DNA from: Lingula anatina
Taxonomy: Eukaryota; Animalia; Brachiopoda
Direction: 5' to 3'
DNA length: 64,000 bases
NCBI GenBank assembly: GCA_051362555.1
Contig: CM120640.1
Span: 57,824,788 to 57,888,787, forward strand
This document shows, piece by piece, positions 13,401-28,400 of the stretch. Every line of letters starts with the position of its first letter. The stretch's first letter is position 1. A program made the translations under genes and the position numbers. A model generated the notes under the pieces. It made no database searches, was not told where the DNA came from, and saw nothing but the letters and a program-made list of their open reading frames with translations.

Positions 13401-16400
13401 TACAATATACTCGTTATTTAGATCTGTGTAGTTTTGATATTTATACTGATCACTTCTATGTCAGCAGATGATATACCCTTTCTGGTTCAGAATTTCATAA
13501 CAATTAATTTTTAAGTTTAGACGCCTTGCACAGTAGAACAGTATGGTTCATGTCACATTATAAAAACATAACAACTCACCAAATTCAGTGCATTAGGGTG
13601 AACCTGATTGTTCCCAGGTATCGATTCCAAATCTTCTGTTGCAGAACACTGATTTTTCCCGTAAGATATTAGGTTTGGCATAGCTAAGCTAGTTGGCTTG
13701 GAACTGGAACATAAATGAGTATACAGCCCTTTCACATTTCAAGATATGACATTGTACTGTACAGCATTTTAAACAAATAAAATAAATTTTTGGTAAATAA
13801 TGATAGACTTAGGTGTCAAAAAAATAAACCGTTTCACAAAAAATAACAACAATGCATGTAAGTAAGCATTTATTCCCAGAGCCTTGAAAATTGCAAACAA
13901 GAAGGATTAAAAAAAAACTTAAGGCTCTAAAACCCTTACCCAGGTCCTGTGCTGACAGCAAGTCCCTCATTCACCAAATATGCATTAAAGCAGACTTCAC
14001 CACTGTCAGTCACTGCACACAGCAACACTGACAAACATTGATCAAGAAACCCTAAAAAGCATAGTTACAAGTCTACAGTAAAAGTGAATGTATGTTTTAG
14101 AGATATTTCAAAATCAAAATACACCAAAAAGTGTACTTCAAAAAAGGGAGAGAAAACTTGCAAAGAAAATCAAACCATACCCTGTTTAAACAATGACCCA
14201 CATTTTAGCTCCTCTCCCTGTTCCACAATGTTCAAAGTAAACATGAAAATATTAAGTACTGCAAATTATATTTTGATCACAGGACAATTAAAGACATATA
14301 AATAATCTGAACAATTAGTTTATGGACCCTTTCATTAAATATCAACTAATTTATGAACTGTATAACCAACATACCACTTCCCATGCACTTAAAATTATCA
14401 ATTATTATGATTATTACCTTTGACTCTCAAAACTCTTTGCTGGAAGACATTCGTCTTGAACTGATCCACGACCTTAATAAAAATTGATTAAGAATTGGTT
14501 GCTTGTCAGGTACTTAGGTCAGATCACTTAATTGTTTAAACACCAAAGTTGGTGGAACATTAATCACATCAGTTCAGACACAATAAACACCAAAAACATT
14601 TGCAGAAAAATATATAAGCCATGCCCTGTTTCAGATGTTGTCTTAATTTCTCTGACTCATTGCTTTGACATTTATAAAAACTACACAATTTTCCTCAAAT
14701 GCACTCACATTACTTCAAATGTCCTTCAAATTAAATAAAAATACAGAATAACTGGAACATTATTTGATATACCTGTGGACTCCATCCCACCTCTACATCA
14801 ACAGGTTCAATATCAGCAAGACTACAGTGCAGTCCCTGGAATGAATCCATGTTTTTCCGTTAAGTTTCTTCTAACATGCACACACAGCTTCTCAAATCAA
14901 ATTAGTTCATTAATTATTCTGTCTAAAAAAACCACTACCAACAAACAACATATGGCAGATGTTACATGTGATAATGTAGCTTTCAACATGGTACCAAATG
15001 CCTAAGAAAATCCTACCTGAGCAGGAAGCACTAGATGCCTGTCCAAAATTTTCCTGAGCTTCAAGTGTGAGATGATTTCTGAGTTTCCAAAATCCACATA
15101 CTGTATCTCAACCATTCTCCTGCCAGGGAGACGGGTCACCTGGGCACGATACCACAGGTTGTCATGGTACTGGGCTACACACACCATGTCTGAATATGAA
15201 GGATGTTAGTACATGTATATTAGAGTGCATTTATTTGTATATAACCCCCTCCCCACTGTTTAAATGACCTGGTATGCCACTTCTACGAGGTGTCACCTGG
15301 ACATTAAGTCAGGAGTGTCAGGCCCGTAGCCAGGGGGGGTTCGGGGGGTGCAAAAGAACTGCCCTTTTTGCTGGGAAAAGGTCCACTCTGGATAAAATTT
15401 GATTTAGGTACAAGTAGGTTTTATGGAAAAAGGTCCACTTTTTCAGAAAACGAACCCCCCATTTGAAATTGCTGGCTACAGGCCTGAGTGTCCTGGAGGC
15501 AGTTCCACAAACCCTTGGCTAGACTACAGAACACTCTTGGATTGTTAGCTAAATGTTTCAAATATGTAGATAAATTTAAAATACTTAACCACAATGGCAT
15601 TCTCAAGCTAACATGGTTTTGTGAAAACTGACACTTGACAGTTAGTTGATAACACAGACCAAGTCTAGAACTGATGGCAGCTATGCATTTCATTTACCAA
15701 AATGACGTTTCACCTGCACAGACTTCATACTGTAGGTATCAGCTTCTCTGTAACCCATCAAACCTGCTAGGGCTATAAATGTGCCACTACCTACTACCTC
15801 ATTTTGGCAGTGCCAAATTGTTATAAAGGATTGTTCAGGTCAATAACATTTACCTTTTTGTGGACACAAAACAGCATACAGATCTTCAGTATTGTTGTAA
15901 ACAGTTTGGAGCTCTTCCATCATTTGTGAAAAGTATCTAGCCTCATCATTAGTCTGAAATTTGAATTTCAATTCTTAATGACATAAATTGCTTGCTAAGA
16001 GAAATGTGTGCAGGACATATATAAGACCATGTATGCTGTGTGGGATGGAAACAGTACCAATAAGAAAAAAAACAAGAAAAGAAGATGGAAGCTTTGATGT
16101 TCAATGAATGATTATGCTCACTTGGGTTTCTCACTGGGAAAAACATGGAGGAATAGAGTGAGAAACGAGAAGCTGTTAGAGATCTTATTAGGGATGGCAA
16201 GGTTTGTTGAGATAGCAAGAGTGGAGGCTGTGCTGGTATGGATACATCAGAAGGATGGAAGAAATGTATGTAAGGCATACAATGCTGGCAATGAAATCAG
16301 TAGGAAAGAGAAATGTGGGAGGCTGAGGAAAAAGTTTATGGATGCTAAAGAGGACTGCAGGAGGTAGGAGGTGGACAAAGCACAGGTGTAGGTGTTCATT

Positions 16401-19400
16401 CCACTGTGGCAACCCCTCAGAAGGGCGATTTCAAGAAGGGCAGGTCTGATTAGGTTGAGGATTTCCTGTCAGATCAAAAATGCATGTTCTGGTGTTACAA
16501 TAACATCTTTTTATCTTAAGGCTAAATATCTCATTTTTTAATGTCTTTAAAATATCTCACTGTAAAATTAATGCAACTAACACTATTTCCAACTATTCAC
16601 TTACTTGTTGTACGTAAAAGCTACTGGGACTGTCAACGTGACTTATCACCACATCTAATATGTCATCTATTTCCGGCAGCTCTGGATGGAGGTATCTTCT
16701 GGCAGGTAGTAGCATTGGGCCTGCAATTTACACAACTTTTAAGGTCTCAGAATTGCCAGAATATCTGGCTAAATACCAGGGAATGAATTCTCAAAATGGA
16801 GATGGATGTTCGATTTTTCACTTGCCATCAAAAGGTTAAGTCCATAAAATTAAATTCGTGAAGTCACATCAATTGTTTTTCAAACTTATAGGTTTAAAGA
16901 AATAGAGACCAGATGAGTAATTAAATTTTCTCCAGGCATCTCACGTTTTTGCCTGATGTTCCCAGAGTGTTCCTTAAAAAGGTACATCTTTCAACTTATT
17001 CTCTTAAAATACGTAAATATTCACTGTAAATTTTTCTTAATATGTGAAATAAATTTAAGCAAAAATTCAAGTCAAGCTACTACTAGAAACAGGGGCGGAT
17101 CCAGAGATATTTTCTGACAGTCTTCCAAATTATCTTTGTTGATCTATTCTCTATTTTTGACCGTCTTCCGACTGAAAAAATTAGATACTCGTCAATGTAA
17201 ACTTTAAAATCTGACCGTCTGCCTAACTATTTTCCATATTTTTCATCATATCAATGCATGCATTAGTTAATAAAAATTTAGACATGTTACAACCACACTG
17301 TCCAAATAACAATAAAGCACAGATGGAGTTATATTACCAAGGTTCATCATCCATCTACATGGTAAGGCTGATACCAATAACGAAAATAAGCATGTGTATC
17401 AGAGCCAAAGACATATGGAAAGTAACTGTTCCATGATATACATTTATCTTTTGGGATGTTAGGAAGGCAGTAATAGTGATGACAACCTGGCAAAGGGAAT
17501 TAATCCAATTTGCTGAATCACTATATAAAAACCCTTCTTGTCACTATATTTAATAAATCCAATGGTAAGTGTGTGTAATGAAAAAATGACACAGAATAAA
17601 TTGTCAGTGAAAACATTTATTTACAGACAGGTTATGACTTACATTTTAATAAAGTTAACACTTTGCATGTCAAAAAGTTCCACTTAATGCATTTTACCCA
17701 TCTGCTAAAATGCTCTTTTCCTTACTACTTAAATGTTTTAGCTTTTCATATATAAACAAGTATAATCTTTATCCTAATTCAAAAGCACCAGCACCATACC
17801 CACAATTGTTTCCATTGGATTCATTAAAGCAATGACATCAAATCTTAAAATAAGTACAGATTTGTTTAATTTTCCTAACAATACAATCATGTTTCATATT
17901 TGAGCTGAATATAACAAAAAAAAAAAAAACATGCTGTTATATACGTCTTTATATGGGTTCCAATCTCAGATGAAATTTTTATTAAACTAAAATGTAACTG
18001 TATCACTTCCAGTAAGACTTAATTTTTCCGAGCAGCAGCTCTTCCATTGCCACCATTTTCTTTGGCCTTTTTCTTACCAGAAGTAACATGAGTGGACTCT
18101 GGGGTGGCTAGACAGGCCAGTTCTAGGAATACAAGAGAATCCCTCATAGAAACAGGGCGGTCATCCTGGATTCCATCATTGGGAGGCTTACTCAGGTCCA
18201 CATGCATCACATTGTTTACATTTTTAACAACCTGGAAAAAGCCCCAAAGATATTTTTCTAAGACAAAATTGAATGTTGATTCAATAAAAAAAAATGTTGG
18301 ATAGTAACCAAATTCTAGATTTTAACAGTTTGAAGCATGTGATCCAGATCTACTATTTAATGTGAACTATAAAAATATTATTTTGTCAATACATGCATTA
18401 GGCAAATTCATGTGCCACTTACACTCATGAGCATGGGTTTATCCTCTGTCATCTTTGCAAATGATTGGATTGCTTCAAGGGACCACTGTGGGTTGGTCTG
18501 CAAGTAATTAATGAATCATCTATCTAAAACCCATCAACACTGCCTTAGGGTGCATTCCCACAGATTTAGATTGATCCAGAGATTTAGAGTTAGATCGACC
18601 TAACTCCCTGGGGGTTCATGCTAAATTGCAGTCAGCCGAGCGCGCAACAAAGTTAATTACCCCCTTACAGCTTTTAGTAGGTGGGACAGACGCTTTAGCT
18701 GGCTAAGCTGACAGTTATCTAGTGAGACTCCCCACAGGGATAGATTGATCTAAAATCCATGGGAATGGGGTCTTAGTGAATGTCAAACAAACGTTTAATC
18801 ATAAAGCCACATACACAAAAGTTCCACACACGTAGCATAAGAATGGATAATTAAATATTGCTCATTTTTAAAAAATGGGCATGTTCTTAAATGTACCTTG
18901 TCAGCAGGAACCAAGTCCAAAAGGGCACACTGCACAGCTAACTCTGGGACACGCAAAAACCTGTTCTGCATTGCACGCACTCTGTAATATATAAATGGCA
19001 ACTTACCAACTACCTACACCATCATGATCAACATATTTCAATAGTAAACAAACAGCAATCAGTCGTATCCATCCCATTACAATGTTCAAAAATACACCAA
19101 TAGGAATGGTGATTGCTAAGTATGTTTTCCCTTTACGCAAAGAAACTGTAATGAAAACCAATCTATGCAATGAAACAGATTACTGCAATACAGATGAATT
19201 AACAAACACACACAATGATACAAAGCAAAACACTTACTTTTCTAAGGGCACAATCTCAGTGTTGCCATAGTCTATATAATATACTTCTATCTTTGGCTTG
19301 CTTGATGTGGTGGTGTCACTATCCCACAAAATATCTTTCACCCTGGCCCTATACCAGCAGTTATCCAAAGCATACTGACAAAGGACTAGATCATCTGTGA

Positions 19401-22400
19401 ATAAAACATAGAATGGTAAAAAGACAACTTCAAACTGATACGATATAGGGTAAAGTTCTATTCAGGCAGTATTTCCCTTAGTTTGCTTGGTTATTTACAA
19501 GATACAGATACAGTTCTGAAAACTAGAAAAAATGTTGCCTTCAATCCTAACTGATCAATATAATAAATACAACAGAATACAAGATACTATTCAGAATGCA
19601 ATTTCACATAAACAAGACTTTGATAACAAGACATTCTACACAGATTCAGAGTCAAACATGCCAAACTGTTTCTTCCAAGAATCTTACCTTTGCATGCAGA
19701 AGACGGTCTTTCTGCCTTATCTCCATTACACCATTTGTTCATATTCCTGGCTAAGGATTTGAGCCTCTCTACATCTGCTACTCTCTGGATTATGAAGTGA
19801 CTAGGGTTTTTTATATGGGTGACATACACCAACTCTTGTCGTACTGAAATCAAAACTCAGCAATATTATCATATGCAGTTTATTAAAATAGTGTAAGCTT
19901 TCTATTACTGATTCGCTGACTAAATTTCATAAAGCAAACTTATCATTATCATTACTATATATTTTTCAAATTTTACACTAAAAAACTACAAACATATTTT
20001 AAAATGATAAAAATATGTGAACAAAATAAGAATAGTCTTGAAAAGTCTGACTACATGAGATTAAGTAAAACATCAAAACCCACATGTTTAGCCCCCCCCC
20101 CCCCCCCTCCCCAGTGTGCTGGTATTGCACTTCCTTAAAGCTAATATTAAGCACAAGAGAGGATCATGCTTACCAAAGTTGACCTTTGTCCTCTGAGCCA
20201 TCTTTTTTCTATGTGCAATGGTGTCAGTGGCAGAGACACTGGTGCCAGTCCCAGAACTGTGCTGGCTGTGTTGAGAGGTAGACAAGCTACCATCAGTAGA
20301 CAAGCTCTCTTCTATCTCTTCTGCAATGTGGGGGAAATACCTTATATCTTTTTATTGTATAATTTCGTAACTGTTTGAAAATTAAAGTATTTACTTTAAA
20401 ACAAATTTTTTTAGTCTGAGCCAAAACCTACTCAGCTTACTGGACATTCTGGCCACCAGCTTTTTAAAATCTTCTGGCCTGCATGATATTTATCATCTTG
20501 ATTAAGATAAAACAAGATGTAAAAGTAAACTAAAATTATATATATGTCTCAAAAACAATCTTATTTAACTAAAACCTGCCTTTGAAAATGATCCTCTGCA
20601 TTTCCTTTTAGATGAACAAGTGAGTCTTTACCCTGCTTGGATTCTCAATTTTTCGAAAGTGCTTTTGGAAACCATTACTTTAACTAAGAAGAGGTTATAA
20701 AATCACACAGCTCTACTTTCAAGTTTAAACTGGTTTTCTGTCCTTTACAAACTTGGGAGTTTCAATCATTGGTTTACTGGCAGAGTTTATAAAGAAAGCA
20801 GCCTTCTTATCTTTTAAGAAGGGGGTTTTGATATACTTTTATAATGTCACAGATAATAACTTAATACATAATTAGGTGCACACTGTAATTCTTGACAGGT
20901 GCACTGGTGGGCCTGAAGATGAAACTGCCTTACTTTTATTATAAATGGAAGGCAATGCCTACTGATAGTATCACACCCACTTTATGCATACAGAGGTTTT
21001 GATTTTTTAGTAATTTTTATTAAAATAAATACTTTTTATCATTTTAGGTGGGTAAAACAACATTAAATTTAAAGGTTTACAGAAATTTATGTGAAGAAAG
21101 ATCAGATTCTGGAAAACTTTGGCCCAGTTATGTAGTTATCTCCAGGCCAGTGGGTAACATTGCAGTCTGAATTTAGTGAAGTTGAACACTGTTTACATAC
21201 CCTCAATGATGACATCATCACTGATTTCTGAGGTCCTATCATCTCCTTTATCTACAATCTCACTAAGAGGCACCAGCTCAAACCTAAAGAAATAATGTGT
21301 CACAAAAATGTGAAAACATTAAAAAAATATTGTTCCAAAGTTTGCTTACAGATCTAGTTCTCAGAACATACTGGATATGAACTACTTGCAATTTTTGTGT
21401 GTCCCTGATGCTGTTTTATCAAAATTGACCCCCATTTGATACACATTTATCTCAGTCCTGAGTGTAACATTATCTACTTGTTGTTTTGTAAATGTCAGTA
21501 AAGGTCAGAAAGTTCCATTAGTGACATTCTTTAAATGACCCTGGTCACCTACAGTTTTCACATAAGGTCTGTCATTGATTTTTTCTGAGCATGTGTTAAC
21601 AACAGAGGACTACAAAGATTTGTATCCATTCTTTTGCAAGTTGGTTGTTATTGCACTGTTATTGCACATCTCAATTAGTAGTGTGCCTTGTGAAGGGGAT
21701 TTAGTTGTATTAACAGAATCCACACAAAATCGCCAAGAAAATTAAGTCCAGAGCGTGTGGAAAAGTTAATGTTACTTTCCAAAGAGGGGTCAAAACTGGG
21801 AGAGTTTAATTTTGGTGGTGCCCTTGCAAAATTTAAAGCTGACAAAAACAGAAGGAAGTAGAAAGTAAACTGATAATAAATAACACTTGTGACTTTTGTT
21901 GTTTTTATTGCTTTTTATATTTATTTCAATGTTATTTCAAACTTATAAATTCTTGACCCCCATTTTTAAAAAGTGGGGGTCAAAATGACCCTTATGTGCA
22001 AAATCTAGTGGAAAACCTTAAATACATAGGTTAACATGTGTACATGATTTGATTATCACGTAAATGCTGACTCACCTATTGATTGGGGTGGATTGGATCT
22101 TGCCATACTCTGGTATCATGTTTTTGAAGTCTTCTGTGAACTGAACTCTGCAATAGGTTTAGCACTGATAAGATTACACAAACAAGCAAAAAAACTGACT
22201 TCTTCAAACCAAAAGCACTGTCCAAAATTTAAAAAGATCTATGGTTTTACAAATGCAGTAAACTGTCGACATTTTTTGTAATTTTCAGTTCATGTAAAAC
22301 AAAAAGTCTGTTCCATGAGATTTGCTCAGGTAAACATATTAAGTTATAAGGTTACAAGTTATGCAGAGACTACTTCCACATACCATCAAACTGTGTTTTC

Positions 22401-25400
22401 ACTGTTAAGAGAGTTTTAATCAACCAAAAATCAGGTAATGTAAAACTCCATAAACTAATTCACAGTTTTCTTTCAACTTCATAAAAGATTAAAATTATAA
22501 CAGAAATATGTCTGGTACCTCAACTGAACAGTTTTCAAAAAGTGTACTCACTTCACCCCAAGCTGCTCCTCCTCAACCACAGGAACACAGTGACAAGGGA
22601 AAGTCTCTATAGACTGCAGCTTACTCAAAATCTCATTGGCATTCAGTATCAGTTGATTGTTGTTATTCATCACCTTTCTGGCATCTTTACAAATATATGA
22701 ACATACAGTTTTGTTAATTTCTGTAGTTCTGGGTTAATATTTCTTAAAGACATCTTTTTGAGAGGAACTTTGAGAACAACCTCCTTTCCCAACCTGTTTT
22801 ACATTTAACACAAAACATAAAAGTCTTTGATAAATTTTGAAATACTTTTAATACCTTTTAAAAGAAACTCTATTCTCTTTGACTCCTCAACAATGTTTAG
22901 TTTCTGAAAAGGAAACAGGTATTTCAAATTCAGGTAAAGTATAAAATCCCTGACATAAATGTCACTTCCCCATGTAAGATGTAATATCTGCAATAATTGA
23001 GGACACAAAATTTCAATTCCAGACAAATAGTTAAAACATCTTAACATTATTACATACTGAACTTGTTAATTAAAATTTAGCAGTATGTGTGGAATAGAAA
23101 AAAGAACACACCATATCTTCCATTGGCATTATCTGTTCAGCGCATGCTGTTTCTATTTCTGCTGTTAACTCTATCTCCCTGAAATTAAACATTTTGGGTG
23201 GTTTTTAACTTCTTATACAAATGTCAAATTTCATGAACTGAAAGGTTTATAAAAGAATTCATCTTTCCTGCAAATTAATTTAATATGTTCAGACTTAGAT
23301 TATGAATGGACATACAAACAATAAAAAAACTAACAACCACATTGAAACAAGGCAGCAAAGCTGTCAAATGTACAGACAAAAAACAGAAAAAAAAAGATGC
23401 AAAATAGGTCATTATGTCAATTTTGATGCAATAATAAATGCTTATAATAGCACAGTCAGTCAACACTGATTTTTAATCATGCACAACAGGTAACATGGTC
23501 AATAACAGGAGCAGATTCAGAGATATTTTCTGACAGTATTCCAAAGTATCTTTGTTGATCCATCCTCCATTTTGATAGTCTTCCAACAGAAACCCGTTAA
23601 TATAAACTGTAAAATCTGACTGTCTTCCAGGAGACCCAGAAGATGGTCTTAATCCACCCTTTCAATAAGATTACAATGTCAGGACCATGAGAGTTAAAAT
23701 TCACATGATGAAAATCCCTATATATGAAAAATGATGACAGTGCATAAAATAATATTACATCGTGTTTAAAGACATAAATACCAATACAGCTGCTTATGTG
23801 GAAATACTGAAAATGTGCACAGCCTCAGGTGGATGGAAGTTAAAAATCACATCTTAAAAATGCCAGTGTTGGAGAAAAAATTAAATAGAAACAACAAAAA
23901 TATAATTCTAATGAAGCTGTTATTCACTGCTTTTTTATTATGGACACTTTGTTATCTAGCAGAGAGCTTAACAGGGAAATATCAACAAGTGTGCTTTATG
24001 AAATTTCAATTAATGGCTACTTAATTAGGTAAATGAGTTTATAGCACTGAAATTAGCCTTGTGAATACCCAAGGGGAATTAACAGACTGACCACACAAAT
24101 TTGTCTATCAAAGGTCTTCAGGCCCATAAGTCACACCTTAAGAAAAGCAGAAAACAATAATGCACAAAAACAGGAGACTGCCCAATTCTGATGCAATAAT
24201 ACATTATGTTTAACTGCACAGTCAACATAAAATTTTAATTATGCACAACAGGTAACGCTGATGAAAGTAAAAGCATAAGGCTCCAGGCCCATCAGAGTTC
24301 AAGTTTTCAATTAGAAAGTGCCAGAATGAGAAAAATGAAAATTTCACAAAAAATGCATAAATTTAATAAAAATGATTACCCAATTGACCTGGCTTTCTAA
24401 TTTCAACTGCATGCCAATCCTAAAAATCGTACTTATAAGTTAAATATAATAATAAGTAACACAGTTTTCTTTTCATAATGTTTGCAGTAGCAGTGCAAAA
24501 AGATTATTGTTAATTTTGATGTAACATTACATAATAAACTAGAGGATCAGAGAGGCGATAGCGCCTCCGAATATTGTACCACCAGCTGGAGCAAGCGCAT
24601 TCGTATAGACCCCCACATACACAAAATAAGGGTCACAGCCACCAGTCTTCTGCTTGACAAGCTGTAAAAATGCAATCAACAAGAATTTTCAAAATATGCA
24701 AAAAATATATATGCCTAAAAATGGTACAATCAAAGTTAAGTTCATCGTAAGGTAGGTCAAAAGTCAATTTCAAGGTCACAGCAAATTGCCAGTATATGAC
24801 TTCCTATTCAACTTCAATAGTAACTATGGACCTATCTCTGCCAGTTTTGGAGATAAAAGGGAAGCAAAATTTGCAAAGTTCAGTTCATGGTGAAAAGTAG
24901 GTCAAAGGTCAATTTCAAGGTCACATTTAGATTGCCAGTATATGACTTCATATTCAACTTCAATAGTAACTATGGACCTATCTCTGCCAGTTTTGGAGAT
25001 AAAAGGGAACCAAAATTTGCAAAGTTCAGTTCATGGTGAAAAGTAGGTCAAAGGTCAATTTCAAGGTCACATTTAGATTGCCAATATATGACTTCCTATT
25101 CAAGTTCAATAGTAACTATGGACCTATCTCTGCCAGTTTTGGAGATAAAAGGGAAGCAAAATTTGCAAAGTTCAGTTCATGGTGAAAAGTAGGTCAAAGG
25201 TCAATTTCAAGGTCACATTTAGATTGCCAATATATGACTTCCTATTCAAGTTCAATAGTAACTATGGACCTATCTCTGCCAGTTTTGGAGATAAAAGGGA
25301 AGCAAAATTTGCAAAGTTCAGTTCATGGTGAAAAGTAGGTCAAAGGTCAATTCAAGGTCACAGTAAGATTGTCAGTATATGACTTCCTATTCAACTTCAA

Positions 25401-28400
25401 TAGTAACTATGGACCTATCTCTGCCAGTTTTGGAGAAATAAGGGACTAAATGTTATAATTTTGGAGTTACCATAATGTGCCATAAATTTCCTATAGAAGA
25501 AATTAATTAAAATAAAGAAAAGGTCATTTTGGTCAAAATTCTTGATGAAATAATGTCATTTTTGACCACAACTTGTCTGCTTTGCCAAGCCTTATGTTTT
25601 ATTTTTCCGGAGTTCAAAATTTATTATACATTACCGTACTGCACATTTTGCTTTCACCACCAATATGTACTTTTTGATACAGCGTAACTTTGGAGATAAA
25701 AGGGAAGCAAAATTTGCAAAGTTCAGCTCATGGTGAAAAGTAGGTCAAAGGTCAATTTCAAGGTCACAGTAAGATTGCCAGTATATGACTTCCTATTCAA
25801 CTTCAATAGTAACTATGGACCTATCTCTGCCAGTTTTGGAGATAAAAGGGAAGCAAAATTTGCAAAGTTCAGTTCATGGTGAAAAGTAGGTCAAAGGTCA
25901 ATTTCAAGGTCACATATAGATTGCCAGTATATGACTTCATATTCAACTTCAATAGTAACTATGGACCTATCTCTGCCAGTTTTGGAGATAAAAGGGAAGC
26001 AAAATTTGCAAAGTTCAGTTCATGGTGAAAAGTAGGTCAAAGGTCAATTTTAAGGTCACATTTAGATTGCCAGTATATGACTTCCTATTCAACTTCAATA
26101 GTAACTATGGACCTATCTCTGCCAGTTTTGGAGATAAAAGGGAAGCAAAATTTGCAAAGTTCAGTTCATGGTGAAAAGTAGGTCAAAGGTCAATTTCAAG
26201 GTCACATATAGATTGCCACTATATGACTTCATATTCAACTTCAATAGTAACTATGGACCTATCTCTGCCAGTTTTGGAGATAAAAGGGAAGCAAAATTTG
26301 CAAAGTTCAGTTCATGGTGAAAAGTAGGTCAAAGGTCAATTTTAAGGTCACATTTAGATTGCCAGTATATGACTTCCTATTCAACTTCAATAGTAACTAT
26401 GGACCTATCTCTGCCAGTTTTGGAGATAAAAGGGAACCAAAATTTGCAAAGTTCAGTTCATGGTGAAAAGTAGGTCAAAGGTCAATTTTAAGGTCACATT
26501 TAGATTGCCAGTATATGACTTCCTATTCAACTTCAATAGTAACTATGGACCTATCTCTGCCAGTTTTGGAGATATAAGGGACTAAATGTTATAATTTTGG
26601 AGTTACCATAATGTGCCATAAATTTCCATCAGAAAAAATTAATTAAAATAAAGAAAAGGTCATTTTGGTCAAAATTCTTGAAATGGGAGGTGCTCTGAAG
26701 TTCCAGATGTTCAAATTTGATGAAATAATGTCATTTTTGACCACAACTTGTCTGCTTTGCCAAGCCTTATGTTTTATTTTTCCGGAGTTCAAAATTTATT
26801 ATCCATTACCGTACTGCACATTTTACTTTCACCACCAATATGTACTTCTTGATACAGCGTAACTCGAAAACCGTATGGAATACAAAAAAACTGAGACCAC
26901 CTCCAGTGTTGGGCTTTACATGCTCTACAAAATGCAAAAAAGAATGGGTCTCTAGCATTAACGGTTCCTGAATTAGAGACAGTTTTCAGTTTCGGTATCT
27001 TATGGCCGCTACTCCCGTGAAAATGCACCGATTGACCCCAAATTCACGGAGATGAAAGATGACCTGAAGGGTAACACTTTCCAATAATATCATTGGTTAA
27101 GTCTGTGTGGTGTCTGAAAAACAGGGCAAATAATTTTTTTTTCGTAAAAAAATTAATTTTTTTGAAAATTTTGGCCCGTTTGACCTTGAAATAAAGGTCA
27201 AAGGTCAAATCCAAGGGCATATTTGAAATCTACACATATGACTTTTGGAAAGCCGTCTGTAGAAATTTTTCCCGTAATTCCTTCCGTAGGGTAGATAATT
27301 AGCATTTAATTTTGCCATTTTTAGACAAGGGTGCATTGCAATGAGTGTCACACCTAGACCCCAAAACCGACAAAGCCCAAATTTTATGTGGAACGAGTTG
27401 AGATTATAGGTGACCTAAATCCAAGAGATGGGTACGGGGGCCCTTACCGTCTATGAGGAGAAGCGGTAACGGTAGCCGTCCGGCGGAGCCGGCGGAGCCG
27501 GCAGAGCCGGCGGAACGATCCGGACGGGACTAAAACCATGTGTACCGCCAGCGCTAACGCTGGTGGTACAATTATAGAATAATTATCACCAATTTTTGAT
27601 TATTGACTATAAATAGCATGGACATGTAGAAAATTTGATTACCATTAGGCTTCATGTCCATGGGAGCTCTGAGTCCCACAATGAATATGCCAAAAAGATA
27701 ATGAATATTTCACTAAGTGTATAACTTCCAGAAAAAGAAGCCAATTAGACTGCTTTTCCAACTCGGGCTGCATTTAAGTCCTGTTTCTTTTTTGAAAGTT
27801 TGACAGTAATAAGTAACACCGTTTTCCCAAAATGGTCATCATGGCAGCAGCACCAAATATTGTGTTTTCTTCTATTTTGATGCAACATTACATAATGCTT
27901 AACAGCATAATGACCATCAATTTTAAATGATAAAATATACGTGTCATGGATTTTCAGAAAATGTGACTAGCAAGGGTCTTCAAGCCCGTGGAGGTTCAAA
28001 GTCGCACCTTGAAAATGTCAATAAGTGAAAAATTAAATTTTCACAAAAAACTGTTAAATTGCCAGAAAAATTTACCAAACAGACTGCATTGCCTACTGAG
28101 GCTGTATGTTAGACCCATGTTTCTTTCTTATAAGTTTGAGAACAGCAAGTGACATGTTTTCCCTTAAATGGTCATCATAGGAGCAGTGCCCTAAATAGGG
28201 GTTTCTTCAAATTTTGATGCAACGTTACATAATGTTTAACAGCATAATAACCATCAAATGTTATTAATAAAATATTAGTAACATGGACATTCAGAAAACA
28301 TGACAAGCAAAGGTCTTCAGGCCCATGGAACTTCAAAGTCACATCTTGAAAATGCCAAAATGTAAACAAGACAGCACTGTCCTGAAATGGGTTTATTTCC

